From contig OZ244561.1 in assembly GCA_965217585.1 (NCBI GenBank), positions 3,488,001 to 3,552,000 of the forward strand: 64,000 nucleotides of DNA. Reading direction: 5' to 3'. The notes under the pieces were generated by a model, which was not told the DNA's origin, ran no database searches, and worked only from the letters and a program-made list of their open reading frames with translations. The position numbers were made by a program, and so were the translations under genes. This document shows, one piece after another, positions 28,753 to 36,867 of the stretch. Numbering within the stretch: the stretch's first letter is position 1; each line of letters starts with the position of its first letter. The stretch is from Candidatus Latescibacterota bacterium (GTDB lineage Bacteria > Latescibacterota > UBA2968 > UBA8231).

Positions 28753-29655
28753 CTATCCCGCTTGGAACTGCTCAATCAGCCGGCGCACGTCTGGGTGCCC
28801 ATCAACGCCGCGACCGGGATGGATGATCAGCCGGTAGCGGAAGACGGCCTTGTCGCCGCTGGAGATGGTTAGGCTCTCGTCGATGTTCGCGTCGCCCTTG
28901 AAATCGTGCACCCCAAAGGGATTGGCGGTAAATAGCCCGTAGCCGCGCACGTGCCAGTAGGTCGGGTGGCGGGGATTGTCGCGGTGATCGACGACGGTAT
29001 GCCCCCACTCCTCGCCGTCGGCTATCGGCCCGGAGTAATCCACCCAAGCCGCCTGCTGGCCCCAAGTAGCCTCTGGGCCTTGGCCGTTTTCAAAAATCTG
29101 GCCGGCGGAGTTTTCGATCCGCCCCGCGTCTTTGGCATCCATGGAGGTCGGCACCCGGATCGAAAACAGCCCGCCTTCTTTGGTGTCGCCGAAGGTCACG
29201 TCGCCGTAGCGGGCGCGAAACTCGCTGCGCTGGTCTATGATCCGCAACGCACCTTCAGCGCGGATGGCGATGGTGTGCCGCTCCTCCAACAGCTTTTCCC
29301 CTTCTGGCCCGAACCAATCGACGATTCCGTCGATTTGCGCTACGCCATCGGCTACGCCGACTACCGGCTCGCCTCGCTGGAGCATGGCTCCGTGGCCGGT
29401 GCCCTCGTCCCAAAGGTTGTGGCCGTTGACCAAGCCGTGGGCCGTGTAGATGCCGCGATGGTGGTAGTGGTCCTGCGTCTCGCCCGCGACATCTTCCATG
29501 GGATAGGCGCGGGTGAGGCCGGTGCCGCTGGGCGTCAGCACCGGGTAAAAGTACGGGCGGCACACGTAGTGGCCGTAGCGGTACTCGGTAAAAAGCTGGC
29601 CGTCGATGGCGACGACGGCCTTGCAGTCTGCGGGAATTAGCTCAATATCGATCAT
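28753..29655 (-). CDS. DUF6807 ('PmoA-like') family protein
   Basis: RPYFYPV.TP.G..LTR.YP, DHYHHRGI, FGDTKEGG, WHVRGYGLF.ANPFG. Confidence 0.8.
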   Translation of the reverse strand: MIDIELIPADCKAVVAIDGQLFTEYRYGHYVCRPYFYPVLTPSGTGLTRAYPMEDVAGETQDHYHHRGIYTAHGLVNGHNLWDEGTGHGAMLQRGEPVVGVADGVAQIDGIVDWFGPEGEKLLEERHTIAIRAEGALRIIDQRSEFRARYGDVTFGDTKEGGLFSIRVPTSMDAKDAGRIENSAGQIFENGQGPEATWGQQAAWVDYSGPIADGEEWGHTVVDHRDNPRHPTYWHVRGYGLFTANPFGVHDFKGDANIDESLTISSGDKAVFRYRLIIHPGRGVDGHPDVRRLIEQFQAG

Positions 29656-29668
29656 TGCTTCCTTTCCG

Positions 29669-31009
29669 TTATGCGGCCCGGCCACAGCAGCGCTTGTACT
29701 TCTTGCCGCTGCCGCAGGAGCACGGGTCGTTGCGGCCGGGGGCCTTTTGGTGCAGGGCCGCCTTGACCGCGTCCCGTTTTCTGGCCCATTCCATCACGCC
29801 GGTGGCCGGTCGGCTGTGTTGCAGCTCGTTGGCCATAAAGCGCATGTAGGGATCGACGTGCCCGAAGTACATCTTGTACCCCTTGCACAGGTAGTTGAGA
29901 CCGTCTTCGCCGCGCGGGGTTTTGGTAAAGCGGTGCTTGGGGCAGCCGCCGTTACAGGCGAAGCGGTAATCGCATTCGATGCAGTACTGGGGCAGCGTGT
30001 CTTTTTTGTCCTGCCCGAACTTGGTCTGCTGCGGGCTGGCGACCATGTCGCGGATGCTCTCGTCGTGGACATTGCCCAGGCGATAGTCTGAATAAACGAA
30101 GTGGTCGCAGGAGTAGAGGTCGCCGTTGTGTTCGATGATCAGCGCCTTGCCGCAGGTCTCGGCGAAGATGCACAGGCTCGCATCTTGGCCCAGCCACGAG
30201 CCGAGCGTCACGTCAAAGAGCTGCACGAAGACTTGGCCGACGTCATTGCGGACCCACTCGTCAAAGATCGCGCAGAGGAACTTGCCGTACTGCCCCGGCC
30301 CCACCGACCACTTGGAAACCGGTGCCCGGCCCTCGTATTCGGGATCGACTAACTCCAGCCCGTCCTCGTCCGGCTCGTGGGCGATGCGCTCGACGATGGG
30401 AATAAACTGCATAAACCCCGAACCTTCTTGGCGCAGGAAGCGGTAGATTTCGAGGGGATTATCGGCGTTGTGGTTTTGCAGCACGGTCAGGGTGTTAAAT
30501 TCAACCGCGTGCTTTTTGAGCATTTGCAGACCAGCGTACACCCGGTCGTAGGTCGGCTTCTGGCCCTTGTCAACCCGGTAGTGGTCGTGGTATTGGCGCG
30601 GCCCGTCGATCGACAGCCCGATTAGGAATTTGTTTTCCGCGAGGAACTCGCCCCACTCGTCGTCGAGGAGGATGCCGTTGGTTTGGAAGGCGTTGGTGAT
30701 GGCCTTGCCGTTGGCGTACTGCTGCTGTAGCTCGACTGCGCGGCGGAAGAAGTCCACGCCCATCAGCGTTGGTTCGCCGCCCTGCCAGGCAAAGTCCACC
30801 TGCGGCACGTCTTGGGCCTCGATGTACTGCTGGACGTAGCGTTCGAGCGTCTCGTCGGACATGCGCCAATTTTTGCGCGCGTCCGGGTAGAGCTTCTCCT
30901 TCTCTAGATAGAAGCAGTACTTGCAGTCGATGTTGCAGACCGAGCCCGAGGGCTTGGCCATCACGTGGCAAGACGCCGGAGCAGGGTTGAGTGTAGTCGC
31001 AGTTTCCAT
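29669..31009 (-). CDS. Anaerobic sulfatase maturase (radical SAM/SPASM) with C-terminal SEC-C motif
   Basis: KPSGSVCNIDCKYCFY, WQGGEPTL, YSCDHFV, CNGGCPKHR, GRNDPCSCGSGKKYKRCCG. Confidence 0.93.
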   Translation of the reverse strand: METATTLNPAPASCHVMAKPSGSVCNIDCKYCFYLEKEKLYPDARKNWRMSDETLERYVQQYIEAQDVPQVDFAWQGGEPTLMGVDFFRRAVELQQQYANGKAITNAFQTNGILLDDEWGEFLAENKFLIGLSIDGPRQYHDHYRVDKGQKPTYDRVYAGLQMLKKHAVEFNTLTVLQNHNADNPLEIYRFLRQEGSGFMQFIPIVERIAHEPDEDGLELVDPEYEGRAPVSKWSVGPGQYGKFLCAIFDEWVRNDVGQVFVQLFDVTLGSWLGQDASLCIFAETCGKALIIEHNGDLYSCDHFVYSDYRLGNVHDESIRDMVASPQQTKFGQDKKDTLPQYCIECDYRFACNGGCPKHRFTKTPRGEDGLNYLCKGYKMYFGHVDPYMRFMANELQHSRPATGVMEWARKRDAVKAALHQKAPGRNDPCSCGSGKKYKRCCGRAA

Positions 31010-31078
31010 CAGGGTCTATCTTGAAGTGGTGAGTATGATAGGGTTTGCCCTGCGGCAATGCAAATATAGGAAAATCTA

Positions 31079-31762
31079 ATGCGTACCATTTTTGTCGGCG
31101 ACGTGCACGGCTGCGCCGCCGAGTTTGAAGCCTTCCTTGCAAAGATAAGTTACGACCAAGCCAAAGATCGCCTGTTGCTGGCCGGCGATGCCTTTGCCCG
31201 CGGCCCCGACCCGCTGGCGGTGTGGCAGTTGATCCGAGATACCGAGGCCGAGATGGTTTTGGGCAACCACGACGCCCGCCTCTTAAAGCAGCTAACCGCT
31301 CTGGCGAAGGGCCGCAAGCCCAAAGTAAAGTTCCCCGACCAGCGCTATACCCTCGACCAGCTTCAGCCCGCCCACGACGAAATCCTCGCTTGGCTTCGGC
31401 AGTGCCCGCTCTACATCGCGGAAGACGCCTTCCTCCTAGTCCACGCCGGCATCCACCCGAAAAAGGGCTTACAAGGCACCCGCCGCAAAGAATTCCTGAA
31501 GATCCGCACTTGGCCGCCCACCGACGATCTGGCTAGCCCGCGCTGGCACGATTTCTACGAGCCGGAGTATCCCCTGCTCGTCTTTGGCCACGACGCGCCT
31601 GGCGGCTTGGTGGTTAAAAAGCACGCTGGCCGCCCCTATCTCATTGGGCTCGATTCGGGCTGCATCTATGGCGGCCAGCTCAGTGGTTATGTGCTTGAAG
31701 AAGCGCGGCTGGTGCAAGTGGAGAGCCAGCAAGCAGCGGATGTGTGGAAGCGGCTAGCTTAG
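31079..31762 (+). CDS. Metallophosphoesterase (ApaH/PrpE-like)
   Basis: GDVHGC, GD..RGP, GNHD, HAG, FGH, LDSGC. Confidence 0.88.
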   Translation: MRTIFVGDVHGCAAEFEAFLAKISYDQAKDRLLLAGDAFARGPDPLAVWQLIRDTEAEMVLGNHDARLLKQLTALAKGRKPKVKFPDQRYTLDQLQPAHDEILAWLRQCPLYIAEDAFLLVHAGIHPKKGLQGTRRKEFLKIRTWPPTDDLASPRWHDFYEPEYPLLVFGHDAPGGLVVKKHAGRPYLIGLDSGCIYGGQLSGYVLEEARLVQVESQQAADVWKRLA

Positions 31763-31788
31763 GCAAGGTCGCCGCAGGTTGGCGTGCA

Positions 31789-31846
31789 AATTTGAAGTAG
31801 TGGTTCAAAATTACATGATAATTTGAAGTAGCGGTTCAAAATTACA
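31789..31846. repeat. Tandem pair of 27-bp palindromic units (period 31)
   Basis: AATTTGAAGTAG(T/C)GGTTCAAAATTACA twice, one mismatch. Confidence 0.85.
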
Positions 31847-31950
31847 GCAAAATAAAGGCACCCGTACGCTCCTTCTCTCGTCTCCGCTCCAGACATATTG
31901 CCTTCACTTAATTTCAAATGGAGACAATGTGTCTGATTCCGGCTAATAAA

Positions 31951-33627
31951 CTAAACGGCATTGCTCCTTATCGCCTCGAGTAGGTCTTGCACCTGGCGGC
32001 GCTCTTTCCCCACCACTTCCAGCGCCTCCACCAGCCATTGGGTCCACTGTCGCCAAAATGGACTCCCCTGTGGTCCCGCCAACTGGTGGCGCTGGCTCGG
32101 GTCCAAGGCGAGTCCTTGGCGCAGGTGCCCGTCCGTCCGTTCCAGCCGTTCCGACTGGTGCGCGATGCGGGCCAAGTGGAGGTGCATTTCCGCGGCGAAC
32201 TCGCCATCTGGGGCCTTTTCGAGGGCGCGGTCGAAAGCCCGCTCCGCCTCGTCCCAGCGGCCTACCTGCACATAGCCCATGCCAACCGCGGCGTAAACGC
32301 GCGGGTGATAGGGATACGCCCGGTGGCCCTCGTATAGTTCGAGTCCTTGGTCGAGCCGGCCAGCGCCGCTGTAGAAGTAGATGAGATTGCTGGCTTCGTT
32401 GACCTTTTGGCTGAGCCGCCACGCTGCTTCCATGTGCTGGACGGCCGCCTCGATATCGTCCGCCCGGTACGCCAGATGGGTGGCCAGTTGGCGATGGGCC
32501 GAATAAGCCCAAAAGGTGGTCTGGTCGCGGTGCAGGACACTCTGATACACCGGCATGGCTTCGCCGTGGCGATTTAGCCGCGACAGACACAGGCCGTAAT
32601 CGTACCGCACGGCCTGGTTTTCGGGCATCTGTTGCAAAGCGGCCTCCAGCAGGGCCAGCGCCTGGGCGAAATCCCGGGCTCCCCGCAGCAACCGCGCTTT
32701 GCAGTACAGGGCCTCCCCATCGGCTCGATCGGCCGCCAGGCGACGGTCGGCCAAGTCGAGCAGTTTCCGCCTTAGCTCTTCACCCTGTGCCTCAAAACCG
32801 GGTTGGCGGTAGGCCAGTTCCAGTTCGGCGAGTACTTCGAGGGACTTGGGCGCGGCTTGGGCGGCCCGTTCCAAAGCACCCACTTGGTCCGAGCCGGGCC
32901 AGCCAAAGGGGTCGTACGTGCGGCCCCATTCGAGTAGGGCGGTTAGATGTTCGGGCTCCAAGTCCAATATCTCGTTGAAATGGGCTTGGGCCGCTTCGTA
33001 GCGCATGTGGAGTCGGTCGTCCCGACCGCTTTTGAGCAGGTGAGCGACTACATGCGCGGCAAAGTCGTCGGGTAGGGCGCTGCGTTGTTGCTTGGCCATG
33101 ACTAGGGCCTCCCTTCGCAAGTGCCGACGGGCTCGATACAGCCGCTGCTTGACGCTGGCCGGGGTCGCGCCCAGATCGCGTGCCACGGCCTCCAGTGGCA
33201 GCCCATCGACATAGTGGAGCAGAAAGGCGGTGGCACTGGCCAGGGGCAATTGGTCTAGCAGGCTGGCAACGGGGCCGGGCACACCGCTCCCCAATGTGCG
33301 GTCGTCCTCTACGGCGTCTCCGTAGCGGGCGTGCGCCTCGACTCGACGCCGGTGGGCGCGCAGCATATTGAGACTGCGACGCCGCACCGCCGTGCGCAAC
33401 CAATGGCCAACTTTGACCGGCTCGCGCAGTTGATCGAAGCGCTTTAAGGCCCCAATCAGGGCCTCCTGCACCGCGTCAAGGGCCTCGTCGTGCGAGCCCA
33501 AGTACCCCAGCGCATCCCGGTACAATAGGTGCTGATAGCGCTGGACGAGCGCCTCAAAGGCGGCCAAGTCCCCTGCGGCTGCGGCTTGGGCCAGCGAGCC
33601 ATCGCCGATTTCTGCGGTATCTTTCAT
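31951..33627 (-). CDS. ECF sigma factor fused to a TPR domain
   Basis: AFEALVQRY, DAVQEA, VKQRLYRARRHLR, then LPDDFAA linker and TPR-like helices. Confidence 0.82.
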   Translation of the reverse strand: MKDTAEIGDGSLAQAAAAGDLAAFEALVQRYQHLLYRDALGYLGSHDEALDAVQEALIGALKRFDQLREPVKVGHWLRTAVRRRSLNMLRAHRRRVEAHARYGDAVEDDRTLGSGVPGPVASLLDQLPLASATAFLLHYVDGLPLEAVARDLGATPASVKQRLYRARRHLRREALVMAKQQRSALPDDFAAHVVAHLLKSGRDDRLHMRYEAAQAHFNEILDLEPEHLTALLEWGRTYDPFGWPGSDQVGALERAAQAAPKSLEVLAELELAYRQPGFEAQGEELRRKLLDLADRRLAADRADGEALYCKARLLRGARDFAQALALLEAALQQMPENQAVRYDYGLCLSRLNRHGEAMPVYQSVLHRDQTTFWAYSAHRQLATHLAYRADDIEAAVQHMEAAWRLSQKVNEASNLIYFYSGAGRLDQGLELYEGHRAYPYHPRVYAAVGMGYVQVGRWDEAERAFDRALEKAPDGEFAAEMHLHLARIAHQSERLERTDGHLRQGLALDPSQRHQLAGPQGSPFWRQWTQWLVEALEVVGKERRQVQDLLEAIRSNAV

Positions 33628-33741
33628 GGTTCGCTATAGTAGACCCCTCAACGTTGGTTATGGTAACGCTCTACCTAGTTTTTTCAACTTGGTAAACCCT
33701 AAATTAGGTCGCCTTCTGAAAGCTGGAGGTCTGCTCTGATA

Positions 33742-33770
33742 TTGCTCTTGACCTGTTTGCGGTCTATATT
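33742..33770 (+). promoter_or_regulatory. Sigma70 promoter with overlapping palindromic operator for the TA operon
   Basis: TTGCTC-N17-TATATT; GACC-N7-GGTC palindrome in the spacer. Confidence 0.55.
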
Positions 33771-33791
33771 TGGTCCGAAAAGGAGGTGCCC

Positions 33792-34055
33792 ATGAAATTG
33801 TCCAGCCAGATCAAGCCGATTAGCTACCTCAAGGCCCACGCCGCTGAGATCGTGCGCACACTTGGGGATCAGCAGGAGCCCTTAATCATTACCCAAAATG
33901 GCGAAGCTAAGGTGGTTATGCAGGATATCGACAGCTACGAGCAGATGCAGGAAACGGTTGCGTTGCTCAAGATCCTCGCGCTGGGTAGCCGCCAGATCGA
34001 AGCGGGTCAGGTGCAACCGGCCGCCGATGTCGTCGCACGGCTTCGGGAGCGGTGA
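33792..34055 (+). CDS. Phd/YefM-family antitoxin
   Basis: IKPISYLKAHAAEIV...PLIITQNGEAK; AGGAGG RBS. Confidence 0.9.
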   Translation: MKLSSQIKPISYLKAHAAEIVRTLGDQQEPLIITQNGEAKVVMQDIDSYEQMQETVALLKILALGSRQIEAGQVQPAADVVARLRER

Positions 34056-34393
34056 CAGGCTCGCTGATGGCTTTCTTGGTTCAGTTGACCGATGACGCGA
34101 CGCGCGACTTGGAGGATATCTGCGATTACATCGATCGGGATGATGAACCGGGTCGGGCGGATTATGTGCTGGAGCAGTTCGAAAAGGCTTTCAGCAGCCT
34201 ATCCGAGTATCCCGAGCGCGGGAACTACCCGACGGAACTGCTGGACATTGGGATTCGGGAATACCGCGAGATATTCTTTAGGCCCTACCGCATCATCTAT
34301 CGGGTGATGGAAAATAACGTCTATGTGCTCTTGATCGCCGATGGGCGACGCGATATGCAGACATTGTTACAGCGGCGCTTGCTGCGGGCATAA
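34052..34393 (+). CDS. RelE/ParE-family toxin (start may be 34067)
   Basis: A.RDLEDICDYI, YPERG, YREIFFRPYRIIYRV, DGRRD. Confidence 0.9.
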   Translation: MTGSLMAFLVQLTDDATRDLEDICDYIDRDDEPGRADYVLEQFEKAFSSLSEYPERGNYPTELLDIGIREYREIFFRPYRIIYRVMENNVYVLLIADGRRDMQTLLQRRLLRA

Positions 34394-34423
34394 GACCCAT
34401 TCTCTCCGGCAGAATCGCTTACC

Positions 34424-34717
34424 TCAAACAGGTTGAGGCTCGTAGCGCTCGACTTCGATTTCATCCTCGCGTGCTCGCGCCTGAGCGACGTCGTAGGCCG
34501 CTTGCAGCCGTATCCAAGTCTCCGTTGTAGAGCCGAAGGCTTTCGCGAGCCGGACCGCCATGTCGGCCGAAATGCGGGTGCGACAATTCACCAAGTTCGA
34601 GAGGGCTTGGCGACTGACGCCGAGGATCCTCGCGCCTTCGGTGACGTTGAGGCCGAGCGGCTCCAGACAGGACACGCGCACGACCTTGCCAGGATGCGGC
34701 GGGTTTTTCATGGGCAT
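34424..34717 (-). CDS. higA: HigA-family antitoxin (no adjacent HigB)
   Basis: PPHPG, LGVSRQALSNLVN, MAVRLAKAFG...WIRLQ..YD. Confidence 0.88.
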   Translation of the reverse strand: MPMKNPPHPGKVVRVSCLEPLGLNVTEGARILGVSRQALSNLVNCRTRISADMAVRLAKAFGSTTETWIRLQAAYDVAQARAREDEIEVERYEPQPV

Positions 34718-34753
34718 GTCGGTTTTCCCTTTGTCAAGAACGAGAATCTACGA

Positions 34754-35695
34754 TCAAAAGCCCATCTTGCGCGAGTGGTTCGGCTTGGCTTCGCACTCGG
34801 CGCGCAGCAATTCGGCGAGAGCATTCGGGTCTTGTAGTTGTAGGTGGCCGAGATTTCGGCTTTTCGTCGGACTAAGGCAAAGTTGGCCGGTGCGTAGCTT
34901 GTGCAGATCGACTTGTGTCTCGGCACTGAGCAGACGCCGGACGAGCTGCATCTTGGACATTTTCGGGCTGAAGATTACCACCCCGCCCCCGGTATCCACG
35001 GCTGCGTTGAGCGCCAAGTTCAGCGCCAGTGCCGTCTTACCCACGCCTGGGCACGCTGCTAGCACGATTAGATCGCCCTTCTGAAGGCCGGAGGTACACT
35101 CGTTAAGATCGACAAACCCCGTATCGATCCCAGAGACTGCGCTGGCTTTGCTGTGGGCACGCTCAATCTGTTCGAGTGCGTCGCCCATGACCGTCTCCAG
35201 TGACTCAATCCCGCTTCCAATCCAGTTTTCGCCGATAGCAAAAAGGCGCTTCTCGGCGCTGTCGATCAGCTCCAGCATGTCCTCGCTGCCTTTATAGGCT
35301 TGCTCGATGATGTAGCTGGCGGTCTCGATGAGCCGGCGGCTGAGTGCCTTTTCTAAGACGATCCGCGCGTGGACATCGATGTTGGCAGGGGTGGCGACCT
35401 TGGCGACTAGCTCGGCCAGATAGACGGCTCCACCGACGTCATTGAGTTGGTCACGGTCCTTGAGTTCTTCGGCCAAGGTGAACTGATCGACGGCCACGCC
35501 ACGTTCGTAGAGGCTGAGCATGACCTCGAAGATCAGGCTGTGCGAAGCGTTGTAAAAGCAGCTTGGGTCGAGGACTTCGATGGCATGGCCGACGGTGCGC
35601 TCCTCGAGCATCATCGCCCCCAACACAGCCTGCTCTATCTCGATGGCCTGCGGTGGCGTGCGCTCTGGGTGCTGAGTATCAACAGTTGCGATCAT
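34754..35695 (-). pseudogene. dnaB: Truncated DnaB helicase (N-terminal domain plus start of RecA fold) fused to a copy of the AAA ATPase C-terminal tail
   Basis: PPQAIEIEQAVLGAM, GLQKGDLIVLAACPGVGKT; ends ALAELLRAECEAKPNHSRKMGF like the gene at 36868. Confidence 0.75.
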
Positions 35696-35880
35696 AGGTC
35701 CTTTTTTAGAGCGCCCCTCACACGCTGCCGATTGTGACCTGAAAGGCGGCGGTATGTGCTCCTAAAGCTAGGGCTAGGCAGGAGGCAAAAATGGTGCGGA
35801 TCACAGAAGGCGCGGAACGCCGCTCTCGACTGATCAAAAGCCCATCTTGCGCGAGTGGTCTCCATGAAGTCGATGCCATA

Positions 35881-36837
35881 CTATTGGGGCAGGCTAACCA
35901 AGCGCTCGGCAAGCTCTAGCGCATCCACCGGCCAGTAGCACTCTGGGCGAGGTCGACAGACATTGGGATTCCCCTCCTTTGGTCGGCAGTTCAAGAGCCG
36001 GTCCACCCACCGTTCGGGCACGGCCTCTCGTCCATGCACTGCGCCCAGAAGCGCTCCGCAGATGGCGGCGTTGGTGTCGGTGTCACCGCCCCTATGGACG
36101 GTATCCACGACAGCTTCCTCGAAATTCTCGGCGTGGAGCAGTTGCCATAGCGCGTTACGGAACGCCGTCAGAACCCAGCCTTGCTGGTGCATATACTCCG
36201 CGGGCGGTGCCGTGGCTGCGCCGTTGATGGCCGACATGAGCGTCGGTTCCGCTGGGATATTCTCGGCCCACGTCTTTATCCGTTCGTATAGCTCCTGCGG
36301 TTCGCATCCGGTGCGGACCGCGTAGGCGATGGCCGAGGCGTATAGCGAATTGGCTTGCTGGCAGACCGGATGGGGATGCGTGAGCGCCGCGTCCTCGCAC
36401 GCCCATTCCGCCACCTTTTCTAATCCGTAGTTCGCGCCGAAGATGCCCAGCGGGCTGATCCGCATCATGGCTCCATTCGCTTGGCTGTTCCAATCGCGTT
36501 CTCCTAGGAGACCGCTGCGGGTGGTGAAACCGCAGTCGAATGGACCAGAGTTCAACCAGCCAATATAGGCTTCGAGGGCAAGCGTTTGATCGTATCTCTT
36601 GTGCTGCGCCAGTACTCGGGCTAGGGCTAGCGCCATTTCGGAATCGTCCGTCGGCTGCCCAGCGATCGTATCCCAGGTCTCGCTGTCCTCGAGATCTCGG
36701 ACTCCGGCGGGGTACTTGAACTGAATATCCTCGGGGCTTTGGAATTCCACTAGGCTACCCAGCGAATCCCCTGCAAGTTGGCCCAGCAAGCAACCTTGAG
36801 CTCGAAAGAGGATGCGGTCTCTTTGCATATTAGTCAT
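35881..36837 (-). CDS. ADP-ribosylglycohydrolase (DraG/ARH family)
   Basis: G.L.GDSLG, PTDDSEM, NGAMMRISP, LTH, GGDTDTNAAICGALLGA. Confidence 0.92.
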   Translation of the reverse strand: MTNMQRDRILFRAQGCLLGQLAGDSLGSLVEFQSPEDIQFKYPAGVRDLEDSETWDTIAGQPTDDSEMALALARVLAQHKRYDQTLALEAYIGWLNSGPFDCGFTTRSGLLGERDWNSQANGAMMRISPLGIFGANYGLEKVAEWACEDAALTHPHPVCQQANSLYASAIAYAVRTGCEPQELYERIKTWAENIPAEPTLMSAINGAATAPPAEYMHQQGWVLTAFRNALWQLLHAENFEEAVVDTVHRGGDTDTNAAICGALLGAVHGREAVPERWVDRLLNCRPKEGNPNVCRPRPECYWPVDALELAERLVSLPQ

Positions 36838-36867
36838 TAATCATCCCTTCGTTATCCATATCCATAA

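Noticed and set aside
31789-31846. Possible mini-CRISPR array
   Set aside because: Only two units with a 4-bp gap, no spacers and no cas genes.
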